64,000 nucleotides of DNA from Octopus vulgaris. Its lineage: Eukaryota. Position 1 is the stretch's first letter; every line of letters starts with the position of its first letter. The position numbers and the translations under genes are program-made. This document shows positions 26,951 to 38,912 of this stretch, piece after piece. The DNA lies in the NCBI GenBank assembly GCA_951406725.2, contig OX597814.1, positions 44,702,001 through 44,766,000 on the forward strand, in the 5' to 3' direction. Below the pieces are notes generated by a model. The model made no database searches, was not told the DNA's origin, and worked only from the letters and a program-made list of their open reading frames with translations.

Positions 26951-27377
26951 TGGAGAAATTGTTTTCAATTTTTAAACTAGTATAAAGAGTAGCACTATGC
27001 CCCAAAATTGAAATCAGTAGCAATTCTTCTACATAACCTACGATAGAAAAAAAACATGAGCATGTTGAAAAACTTCCCACAGACATGCCTCACTTGGCTA
27101 AGGTTCCACTCAGTTGGAATGAACCGGAAACCATGTAACTGGGAAGCCAACCTCTTACGACATACCTATGCTTATTTATGTTACGTAGGTATATGCATAC
27201 ATATGATTTTTCCCGAAGTTAAAACTGAAGCTTGGTTTCGGTTTTAATGAAACCTGAAATAAATATCCTCTGCAACATTATTGAACACTCCTCTCTCGTT
27301 CAATCAACATAAACCAATGTACACACTCCTGTTTGTCCCTTACAAAACACACACACAAAAATATACATACATATATT

Positions 27378-27425
<48 letters not shown>

Positions 27426-27918
27426 GAAGAGAGAGAAGCAAAGTGATAGATTTCTCCATTAATAATTTATAACTTATAGAATTTCACTCTACTGAGATAG
27501 ACTTTTTTTCAGTTATATGTATATCATATGACATAAAAATACCTTGCTGTTCTCAACCTTGCATTGAAATCTCCAAGTACGGTGTTTGCTAAAAAGCTAT
27601 TATAGTCTCCACAAAATGATTTGTATGAAAGCATCACAAATGAACTGATTTGATCAATCTGTTGTTTGAAATAAGGTTAGTGAAAAAGATTTAGGTTTGA
27701 GGTCATTTTGAATAGCAACACTTCATTTCTACAAAATCTAAGAAAACTTTGCAAATTTAGTTACTCGGTTCATTTATTTAATCGACAAGTAAAAACAGTT
27801 TACGTGTGAGGCGAACAATTTGGAAATTTAATAAATTCTGCTATAAAAGTGACCACCAACAATTCGTTTGCTATGTTCGCTCAAGTGTTACGTGGCTTTG
27901 CTTTACTATATTAATACT

Positions 27919-27965
<47 letters not shown>

Positions 27966-28568
27966 TCATATAGATATACATACATAAATATATACATACA
28001 TATATATATATGGTTCTTTTATTATGGCATAATTCAACATATTTTCACATACTTTAGCTAAACATAGTGATTGTTTGATAATTTCATTACACTGGTGCTT
28101 TGTTGTCTTTTTGCCATTGTGATGTGAAAGAGAACGTTTGAATGGTTTAGGGAAGTACATTACAAGCTGAAAAAGAACAATTATAAAACCATGGGTGATA
28201 GTAATCTCTAGCGATAATGTTAAGTTGTGACACTAGAAATGGAATTCAATTTAAAAACAATATAAATAATATTACCACATTTCTCAATGGAAGCTTCACA
28301 GAAAAAAAAGTAGAATCCGATAAACGAATCTTCCAATGGATGAATGTTAACATTCAGTCAAGAGAAATGCATTTCAAAATACACAGTTTTCTTTGTACGC
28401 ACACACACATACACATGCACATAGCCACACATACATAAACACATACATATATGTATGCAAACATATATGTATATATATATATATGCATGTACATAGATAC
28501 ACATATATATGTGCGTGCGTGTATATGTTTGTACGTATTATATATATGAATAAATGCATACTTGGGTG

Positions 28569-28574
<6 letters not shown>

Positions 28575-28650
<76 letters not shown>

Positions 28651-28705
28651 GGAGTAAACACATAATTGTGAAACAAGGTGGAAAAAATAGTACTCAAATA
28701 CCAGT

Positions 28706-28749
<44 letters not shown>

Positions 28750-28761
28750 TATACATATATA

Positions 28762-28807
<46 letters not shown>

Positions 28808-28810
28808 TAC

Positions 28811-28850
<40 letters not shown>
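28575..28850. repeat. (TA)n tract interrupted by a 60-bp unique island (28649-28708)
   Basis: Directly visible. Confidence 0.9.
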
Positions 28851-31229
28851 CATACATATAGATGTGAGATGATTATATAAATACATACATCCCCACCTGC
28901 TAACATGCAAACATATGCACAAACATATATATCTGAATGTATGTTTGTATATACATCTGTATGGGTCTTTGTGTACAACGTGAGTGCATTCACACAATTA
29001 GATATCTTGAACACAGATGAAGAAACATGTAAACAGATAGATATAAGTTTCATATATTTGTTAAAAAATACCAAAGTATAATTTTAAAGTGTTTTCAACA
29101 TTTAAAATTTACTTCTGCATAATGTTTTAACATTCTGTTGTGAAATGTCATTTGTATTTGCACTCTCTTCCAACTGGTTAATATTGAGCAATTAGAAAAT
29201 GACGTGTTCCATTCCTATTTTAAAAACATTTTTGTTGATCAGTTAGAAATAGCAGCTAAATCTTCCTTAAATCACGCGATGGTTTCAAAAATGGAAGGAA
29301 ACGCTGGGATGCTTATACTCACGAACATAATAAACAAGATTGGCATGACTGGAATACTTTGCTTCATGTACCTTTAAATATAAAAACACAGTATCTTGCT
29401 TGTTTAAACTCTCAATTTGGACATACGTATTGATATTTCACCTTACGAGAGACACACAGCTCTTTATTCTTTAAAATCTTAAATTTAAATGCAAAACTAC
29501 CATATGCATTTGTAGATTATTATCTTTTGAGTAAATAAAATAGTTATACAATTTCTCATTGGAAAAGCACATAGATATCGCCCCGATTTTAATTAAAATT
29601 ACTGAGCTCTTCGTAAAAATAACTGTTAATTAAACACAGCATTTCGTTCGATAAACGTTTATTGAAACATCAACCAACGCTTCCATATGTATCTCTTCGT
29701 TTGTTGATAATATACAACTCAGAGTCCCTAATTATCAGTTTTCATCTCAAACACAGTAACCAGACAGCATTCGATATTATTTTAGAAATATTTGAACACT
29801 TTAAAAGTATTATTTAGGGCCCCGAGGAAATCATGTGATGAGTGTATATTCAGAAACAATCTCGTGTTTGGAACCCTCGTTCCATACACCATATCCTAAT
29901 ACTAATGTCTATCAGCAACAGGAGTATTATAATCGTCCCTAACACTAGACTCCTCATCTTTTTCTAACAATTCAATAGCATAGAGGAATGATTGTGCATT
30001 TTAAAATTTATTTCATTTCTTCTGATTTACGCCTTTTGAGCCTGCAAAGGCTTGTCTAATAAATGAAAAGCCGTCAAAAGCACAAATATGCAAATTAGAT
30101 TATCCTAAACTATTTAATGACTGCAGACGATCTACGCTAGTGTTTAGAGAAGAAAGATGGGTACATATTTTATGAATATCGCAGAAACCTTCTTCTATTT
30201 TTTCTGCACCTCGATAATTTACAAGGAGTGTGCTCACTTCCTTATTATTATATAACCCACTGTGAGACATTATAATATTTAAACAACAATAATTTCAGTC
30301 ATATATTATCTGTTATATCACTGTTATATCACATTTTACATCTGCCTAATCAGTCCTTGGTCAAAAATACTTCACATACTATAAAATATACTTTACTATA
30401 TACCTAGTATGTTCTTCTTGGAAGTTGGTGCCCTCGTGATACTAATTATCACGGCAAATTTGATTCTATTTTTTTATAAGTTAGCGTTGTATAAACGAAG
30501 GATGTCCATCATTATAGTAGTAGTACGAGGACAAGTGTGGTAACAGCTCATCGCTGCAACGACTATTTGTTGTTGATCGCCGGCAAGAGGTGGATGACGC
30601 CTTTGAGTCACTCAGGCGACACTCAGGCCACAGAGCCATGGGACTGTGTGGCTAGTCGTTGCTGGTGCGGATTTTACGGGCTGGAATGCAAATCCTACTT
30701 CAGTCTCTTTTTGTTGCCTTTTATGATACGGGGAGTAAACATTGAGTATTTGTTGGGAGGAAGAGGTTGTTTATTTTTGTTGTTGTTTTTGTTTTGTTTT
30801 TGTTTTATTTTTGTTTGTTTGATTTTTGATTTGCTTTTATTGCTATGACGGTTCATACAGAGCATAGTCATAGAGTCGTAAAAGTTTTGAATTATAACTA
30901 CAGGAAAAAGGTATTTTGAAATAAATGAAAAGATCACGGATCAAATGATCCCACCACTGCTACTGGAGGTTATTCCTCCACTATAGATGCTTTAGTAGTT
31001 TTTAGAACGAAATACTTTCTGAAGGCAAATACCGTACAATTGTGGTTTTCTTACACTATACCTCCATTACGTAAGATGTATAGATTGCAAAATACACAGA
31101 CATGACAGAAGTCAATACGCACCATTATAATCATTAAAATCTATTTAAATCATCTCAAATTATGCATTCAAATTATTTATTAATCGTTATAATGTGAATA
31201 TTAAATATTTAGTAGACATGCCATTTGCA

Positions 31230-32235
31230 ATTTTTCAATGAAAGGACCATATTAGGCATGTTACTGATCAGATGATGAATATTCTCTTGCAGAGTGTTTT
31301 GCCTAGATTTTTGCAGTAATCTCAAAAGATCTGGCTTTAAAGATGTTTTCTTTTTCTTTTTATGAAGTGAGTGTCCGGTCCATTATGGCTCAGAGATGTC
31401 TAATTGGGTCCATATCTGGTGATTGGCTTGGCTATAGAAATGTTTTAATGCCATTCTCATCCAACAAGTATTGCGTCATTTTAGCCGTGTGACAAGGAAC
31501 CCCATCTTCCATAAATAAAGAATCTTCTCTAATCATTTCGCCACTGGAGATCGGAAGAATTCCTTTCCGCAATACGGACACATATTTATTTGAGTTTATG
31601 TTTCCCTCATACTCCACCAGCTCTGATCAACCATTGCTCCAAATTGCTTCCCAGACTACTACAGAATAGCTGCCATGGTTTATTGCTGGTTTCAATCTTT
31701 TCACATCAAATTCTTGATCACAGAGTCTCTAGACATACACTCGACCACTGTCAGGAAATACAGCAAATCTGGACTCATCAGAGAATATGACAGTGTCCCA
31801 AAATGCTTCTGGCCTCTCCACCATCTCACTGGCCCAATCTTTTCTCCGCTTGATGTTGTCTGGCTGAAGAAGTGGCTTCCTTCTTGCTGCTCTGCCATAG
31901 TAACCAAGTGTGTGGAGATACCTTACAGCTGTTTTGGGACTGAGGACTGACATCAACTTGTTCTTTGTCAGAGGCATTGTAACAAGGATTATCCTCCATA
32001 CTTCTCTTAGAAACGAGAAGGGTCCTGTGAGAGGGCTCTGGTTGATCTGGGCGAAGTGGTGTGGACTCCTTCCCGTCTTTGGTGAATTACAAAATAATTC
32101 TATTAACTGGAGAAAGCAGATCTCAAGGTTTCCTGCGATTTTACGCTATGACCCACAATATGACCTGTTTGGAATTTCAAGGCTTCTTTTCTACATGGAA
32201 TGATTAAACAGTCACGAAAAAGTAGACGAGACAGT
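31230..32235 (-). mobile_element. Tc1-like (DD34E-type) transposon relic
   Basis: YLHTLGYYGRAARRKPLL..RRKDWA..WDTVIFSDESRF (31729-31977), NINSNKYVSVL..FMEDGVPCHTAK (31432-31617), *PSQSPDMDPIRHL. TIRs not identified. Confidence 0.88.
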
Positions 32236-32564
32236 ATATATATTGTGTCATACTAACGATTATGGCCTAAACATTCTGTATATGTTTGTGTGTGTGTATG
32301 TATGTAAATATGTAATATATGGACATATACATATATACATGCATGTGTGTGTGTTTGTGTGTGTAGAGAGAGAAAGAGGGGGGAGAGAGTGAGAGAGAGA
32401 ATAGAGAGAAAGTGAGAAAGAGTGAGAATAAAAGGTTAGATAGATAGATAGATACATAAATAGATAGACAGGGAGACAGATAGATAGATATGTATTCATC
32501 ATTGTGTGTGTGTATATGTTTGTGTGAGACTGTGTATGTGTGTGTGACTCTGTGTGTGTGCATT

Positions 32565-32665
32565 TATACTCTTTACTCTTTTACTTGTTTCAGTCATTTG
32601 ACTGCGGCCATGCTGGAGCACCGCCTCTAGTCGAGCAAATCGACCCCGGGACTGAGTCTTTTGTA
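32565..32665 (-). mobile_element. SINE family B 3' tail fragment
   Basis: CTTTTACTTGTTTCAGTCATTTGACTGCGGCCATGCTGGAGCACCGCC..TCGACCCCGGGACT; reverse of the tail at 47545-47680. Confidence 0.75.
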
Positions 32666-33329
32666 AGCAGCGTAAAAATGACCAACAATAAAAAAATAAC
32701 GTGATAAAGTCAAGGTTTAACAAATACGGTACTACATTACTATTTCATGGGAACACAAAAGTAACTTAATACTTATATACTTTTCAGGCACATGGATTCG
32801 TGTACCTACTAGCATTTACATACAAAGCGCATGTGCCTCCATTGTACGGCAATATGGATATGTATTGTACGTGTATACCCATACATTCTTTTTGGTGTAT
32901 GTGTATATCCGTACGTACGTGTATATGCTTAAGTATATGGCCGTATGCGTATATCCACGTGCATACATGTGTGCTTATATGTCTGTATATGTATGTATTT
33001 ACTCACATACATGCATACGTGAGTATTACGTAAAAATACTTGTATATTCTCACATATGTATGCTCCAATACATGTATATGCACAGAATTATTTGCGACTG
33101 GGCGTGAGTATACGTATACATATATGTACATCTGTACTTGCAAATACATATACGTGTACGTGCAAAATCATCCTACTTTTGTGCTAACTTCCCCTTTCAC
33201 ATCTATAAATACACAACACGGCTATCTATAATATATGCGTGCATCTTTATGGATGCAGGTGCAAATGTACACAAACACATGCATATATATGCTTATCTGT
33301 GTATATAAATAAATATATATATATATATA

Positions 33330-35350
33330 CGAGCCGAAAATGGAGAAATAAATAACAATGAGAAGTGGATCTTTGGTGTTATAAAGCCATTGTTTAATTA
33401 ATTAAGATGGGATTATGATAGAGTAAGTTTACAGCTGTTTCTGTATATCAGGCTGATATATGCATTTACCTCGCTGCAATTGATATACATCATCAGAAAG
33501 AAGAAAGCAAAGATAAACAAAAGGTAATAGAGAGAAAGCGTAAGGAAAAAAACAGGAGGAAGAAAATGTTCAATAATTTGATAGTCTTACATTTTAGTCA
33601 GGTTCAAAGTTCAGTGAATCCGTTGTATGATAGATGAGAAGAGAGTTGATTGAATCTAAGGTATCGTAATTAGTTATTAACATAGCTTACACGTGTCCGT
33701 ATGTTTGGATAGTTCATCGCCGGTGTAATCCGAGGGAGTTATCGCTATTGGGGATATCCGGTGTTGTTCTATGGACCTATGTGGCACTAATTGATAGGTT
33801 GCAAGTTTTCGTATATTTTCAACGGAAGCCGTAATATAAGAATAAAGTTTATATCTAGAATCTATACGATATAGAGTGTAAATGGACTATGTGCCGGAAT
33901 AATGTATAGGTTTGAAGAGTGCATAGAAAAACAATAAGATGAAAAGGAGAATTTTATCGCGTGTAAAAAGAGTTGATAGTCTAGCTCTCGAGATGAATTA
34001 AATTATAGGAAAATAGTAAAATATAGGAAAATAGTAAGTTAGCGTATTGTGTAGAATAAGTATAAAGTCTAGTAATTAATTTAATTATAATGTATGTTGT
34101 GTAATATTATTGGTGTGTAGGAAGGTTAAAGAGAGGTAATACAAAGTCAAGTAGGTTCGCTATAACACCCAATAACACCTTAAGTCTAGGAGTATATGAA
34201 CAGCCAAGAACATTATGACAAACTACAGCATAGAGAAGAAAATCGAACCATTCGTACCTTTTAGACTCTGCTTAACAATAAAGGACCATAAACCAAATTT
34301 CTTAACAGATACGAAAGTTAGATTAATATTCCCCAAACAGTCCGATCTATGTAAATTAAATAAATTAACATTAGATAAATATATCCCTAAATTAAAGAAT
34401 AAGATAGCCCAAGAACTATTGTCCAACATTTATGAAGCCTTAACTTGATTTTCCAATATACAGAACAAGAAGAACTACAAGTTCCTACAAATAGACATAG
34501 AAGATTACTACTCATCTATTACCTCTACAGTCCTTAATATTGCTCTTATCTTCGCCAAACCTCATACCAACTAACAATAAATGAAATTAATGTAATATTA
34601 GAAGCAGTTTCTACACCAAAAATAATAATACTAAAAATAAAAGAAATAGCGATAAAATCTGGTTAATAATGAATTTCGCGATGCAGCTTAAAACAAAGAG
34701 TACATTGCATAATGAGACTTATAGATAAGCACTTGAACTTGAATAACAAATACTCTGAAATCTTTTAAAAAATTAAAGTAGGTCATAGCTTAACTAGTAA
34801 CCTGGCTACTATCATAGCCTCGATAAACAATAATAAGCTAGAGGCTTTCTATGGAAATAGGAAAAATAACATCATAATACATAGCAACCAATCGGCAGAT
34901 ATAATAAATGTCATCCCTAATAGCTCGCCCTTAAATAACACAGACAACGATCTGATAAATAATAAACCCCTCGACACAATATACACAGATAAAGATAATA
35001 ATTTATGTGGCTGCAGAGATAAAAACTAGTATAAATTCTCCATTATTTGTAAAACTAAAAATGTAATATAACAATGCGATGTACTCACAAATAACCATAA
35101 GAAATCTTATATAGGAGCAACTAAAAACGAAATGATACATAGATATAATTCCCACTAATCTAGTTTCAGGAATAGAAGTAAAGCGAACTCTACAGGACTT
35201 AGCAACTACATTTCGGAATTGAAAGATAAAAAAATATCACTATAGTTTAGAATGGCGTATGCTAGGCAAAACTTCCTCGTATAGCATTCACACTAAGCGC
35301 TGTGAACCCTGTATAAATGAAAAACTATTTTAATGGCCAAATCTACTTAA
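33330..35350 (+). mobile_element. Penelope-like element: RT and GIY-YIG endonuclease remnants (34190-35345, +) preceded by a probable inverted pLTR segment
   Basis: LTIKDHKPNF..KVRLIFPKQSDLCK, KFLQIDIEDYYSSIT (PLE RT); CGCRDK..CKTKNVI*QCDV..SYIGAT..RYNSH*SSFR..STGLSNYISELKD (GIY-YIG); hammerhead on the minus strand at 33427-33500. Confidence 0.88.
33427..33500 (-). ncRNA. Type I hammerhead ribozyme motif (Penelope pLTR)
   Basis: Minus: cttt CTGATGA tgtatatca...tgatataca GAAAC AGCT GTA aac. Canonical core, perfect 9-bp stem II, palindromic ACAGCTGT stem III; stem I reduced to 2 bp. Confidence 0.75.
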
Positions 35351-35464
35351 TAGGAGATATGAAAAAAAAATATATATATATACACACACACATATACAAC
35401 TGTATATAAATATATACTGTAATATACTTAATAAGTACCACCTCAACGAAACATTCGGCCCCCG

Positions 35465-35845
35465 AGAGTGGTTGTGTGGTAAGAATCTTGCTTCCCAACC
35501 ACATGGTTCTGGCTTCAGTCCTACTGCATGGCACCTCGGCAAATTTCTTCTACTATAACTCTGGGCCGAATAAAGACTTGTGAGTGGATTTGGCCGATGA
35601 AAATTGAAGGAAGCCCGTCGTATGTATGCTTGCGCATGTGTATGTCTATGTCTGCTTTGTCTCCCCACCACCACTTGACAACCGGTGCTGGTGTTAAGTT
35701 ACGTCCCCGTAACTTAACAGTTCGACAAAAGGGTCCGACAGAATAACTACCTGGCTATAGAAAATAAGTACTGGGGTCGATACATTCGACTAACATTTCC
35801 TCAAGACGATCGTAGTCTTATGACGGAAACAAATAAAAGATTAAA
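35465..35845 (+). mobile_element. Near full-length tRNA-derived SINE (family B, CORE-like GGCACCTCGGCAA domain)
   Basis: GTGGTTGTGTGGTAAG A box, GGCTTCAGTCC B-like box, GTGAGTGGATTTGG, internal GT tract, ACTGGGGTCGAT, A-rich tail. Confidence 0.85.
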
Positions 35846-35974
35846 AAATGTATATAAAAAGAGAGGGAGAAAGAAAGGAAGGGATAACAACCTTTTAGCT
35901 TTATTTTAAATGTTTTATTCTATTTTATGTATTATGTACTGTATATAACTATGTGTGTGTGTGTGAGTGTAATA

Positions 35975-36300
35975 ACGCGCACACACATATATATTCCACT
36001 ACGTACATGAATACGTGTACGCAAATGTATGTTTGTTTGTATGTGTATGCATGTACAACTATACGCTTATATTTCTAATTTATACTCTCTCATAAAATGT
36101 GTGCGTGTATGAGTGTGCGTGTGTGCGTGCTTACACACACACACACACGTATATATATATAGCATATATATTCCAATACGTCCATAAATACATTTACGCA
36201 TATGTATGTTTATTTCTATGTGTGTACACATGTACAACTATACGCTTATTCTTCTGTTTTATACTCCGTCATATAACACGTGTGCGTGTATATGTGTGTA
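35975..36300. repeat. Imperfect ~180-bp tandem duplication
   Basis: ATATATTCCA..ACG..ATGTACAACTATACGCTTAT..TTATACTC..CATA..GTGTGCGTG occurs twice. Confidence 0.7.
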
Positions 36301-36711
36301 TATACGTGTGTCTGTGTGTGTGTGTGTGTGTCGTGTGTGTGTGTGGGTGGGTGTGTGTGTGTGCGTAAATACACGCAATTTTTTCTTTATTTATGTATGT
36401 ATTTACATACTGAACGCCATAACTGACAACTATTTGAAATCTATGAATTACCCACCTGACATTTTAATTCGTTTTATAGTTTATTCTAGAATAATGTAAG
36501 GAAATACTATTATCACTGGTTACATAAATCCACAACTATTCGATCTGTAAGCTTATCTAATAAATACCAACGCCACAGAATATTCAACGCTTGAGTCACT
36601 CTATTTCTTCTAATAAATATTTATAAAAAAATATGCGTTTAATGATATTTTGAGCTCTATTTATTTGCATCACCACACCTATATGTATATATACGTGTGT
36701 GTGTGTGCGCG

Positions 36712-36892
36712 CAGCCACTACACACATTTTTTCTTTCCTTGTTTCTCTCCTCGTTTTTTTCTGTGTCCCTTTAATCTGTGGAAGAGCGTAGGCTCGAAAC
36801 GTAAAAGACTTTTTTCTATTCCTGAGCGTTATACTAATACATCTGTTTGTTTTGTACACCACCTGTCTTCGTCTTTTGTGTAAACTCTTCGT
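36712..36892 (+). mobile_element. Short non-coding repeat with minimal hammerhead-like motif (copy 2)
   Basis: Homologous to 16704-16936; CTGTGGAA GAGC GTAG GCTC GAAACGTA AAAG at 36776-36807. Confidence 0.7.
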
Positions 36893-36906
36893 ATATATAT
36901 TTATCT

Positions 36907-36966
<60 letters not shown>

Positions 36967-37155
36967 AGTATGTATGTATGTATGTATGTATGTATGTATG
37001 TATGTATGTATGTATGTATACATATATTTTGCTACCCTAAGATTTATTAATTAATGATAAAAGGTTTTTTTGGCTAATTTTGAAAGGAAATCGGCAATTG
37101 TATTTACTGCCGAAAAAACCGCGCGTGCGTGGTGGATTTTGAAAAGTTATAACAT

Positions 37156-38912
37156 ACTAGCATTATGACCCGTCGTTGCCGGGTCATAGTGCTAGTGCAT
37201 TTATATATGTGCATATATATGTGTACATATTACATGTACATCTATATATATACATCTACACATAAAATACAAAATACAAAGTTATATCTTGATATCGCTA
37301 GTGATAACAATACTCAAAATATATTACAGACTGGAATTGTAGGCCCGTCTCTTGCAATTTCGATCAATTGTATCTTGTCCTCCCTCTTGTATAGAAGTGT
37401 GGCTACAATCCAGCCTACCTCTACTTCTGGGAGGACATTTTTAATTTTTATCCGTGACGTCCTACGTCCCAGATATAAAGGTAAAAATAAAATATTTCCA
37501 ATTTGCCAGGTTCGAGTCGAGCACTCTTTTGCACGCTCCGTTGACTCGAACCTTGCTTCTATTGTGGCGAATTTACCGCCTCTGGTTAGATATCTTTCAT
37601 AGTCGCACCAAGACACTTTTCGATGGTGCTTTCCTCCAGGTGTTCAAATTTTTTTCTCTACAATGTATACTTTATAGACAATAGTCTTTTCTTTAATTTA
37701 AATTTTTATTTCGTTTGGTGGTGTTATCCTAGATTCACCGTCTTTGTCAGTGCTCAATCCGAAATAGGTTTGTATTTCTTCCATTTTAATTTTAATGAGT
37801 TCGCGCCCGCCGACGGCTGCAGCGAAATTCATTTTTGGACTTTCTTCTATCGAAGGCATTCTAACAAAAATGCCCCCGTGTAAACGGTGAAAATATTATC
37901 AATTTCCCCAAACAGGGGCACAATTCAATATTTAAACAATAACCAAAGCTCCTTCTCCCAAAGGGGGAGGGTTACAGTTTACAATTATTTAACAAATGCA
38001 ACACAACAACATTTCCCTTACGAGGAACCAACAAACGTGATAACAATAGTTAAACAGTTATAATAATAACAACAAACCTTACGGTTATCAAAAGGCAGTA
38101 CGCAGTTGAAGCTATAGTTCTTTATGTATAAGAAATATACCAACAGCAGTACTCAGTAGAAGCGGCTGGTCAAGAAAACAGACATCACATACAGCCAAAC
38201 TTCATATAGATACTTAATGCTAGCTAATTAGCAGATAATCTAATGTAAAAGCCGTGGTAAACGGTATGTGCACAGCTCCATCTTGAATATTCCATTTCTG
38301 CACGCTAATTTATTTTTTTATTTTTTCCCATTCATGTGAAACCACTTATTCAAGTTCAAGTCATTCATGCAATTTTATACCAATTGATATTTTTACTTTT
38401 GTTATGTTACGATTATATGATACTTTAGTTTGAATTTAATTATTACTTACTACATATAATTCAATTGTTATTATTATCTCTAATTTTTATTCTTAAAGTG
38501 AAAGTATCTGACATAAAATAGAGAAATGTTTTTGTTTCACTTTTAACGCGTAATACTGAAATAGTGGAGAAGATAGGATATTGCTATGGGTTCACTCTAG
38601 GCAAGAAGTTGAACATTTTTTTGCCCATGAAACTACATGGACCCTACGTAAGGCATGTGTAAAATTTGAATAAATTGGTTGTGTAGTTTTCAAGTTTTAG
38701 GGAATCGTAGTGGAGAAGATATGATATTGCTGTGGGCTTGCCCTAGGCAAAAAGTAACATTTTTTTGCCGATGACACTCCCCGAACCCTAAGTAAGGCAT
38801 GTGTAAAATTTGATTGAAATTGGTTGTGTAGTTGTCAAGTTTTAGGGAAACACGCAGACAGACAGACATACAGACTGACAGACACACATTCTCAGTTTTA
38901 TATATATATAGA
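37156..38912 (-). mobile_element. Non-autonomous Helitron-like element
   Basis: Minus 5' end TCTATATATATATAAAACTGAGAATG followed by (CTGT)n-like tract; internal ~146-bp tandem repeat (38561-38850); hairpin plus CTAG|T at 37156-37196. Pairing of the two ends is inferred. Confidence 0.6.
37330..37860 (-). pseudogene. N-terminal fragment of a non-LTR retrotransposon ORF1 (gag-like) protein
   Basis: MPSIEESPKMNFAAAVGG...KEKTIVYKV...RGGKFATIEARFESTERAKE..LFLPLYLGRRTSRIKIKNVLPEVEVGWIVATL, resembling the RRM-like part of L1/Tx1-type ORF1; contains a stop and a frameshift. Confidence 0.55.

Noticed and set aside
28354-29074. Long YIYI/ICIY-type ORFs here and at 5.7, 42.0, 48.3-49.2 and 62.9-63.9 kb
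   Set aside because: Translations of (TA)n, (CA)n and (TAGA)n microsatellites.
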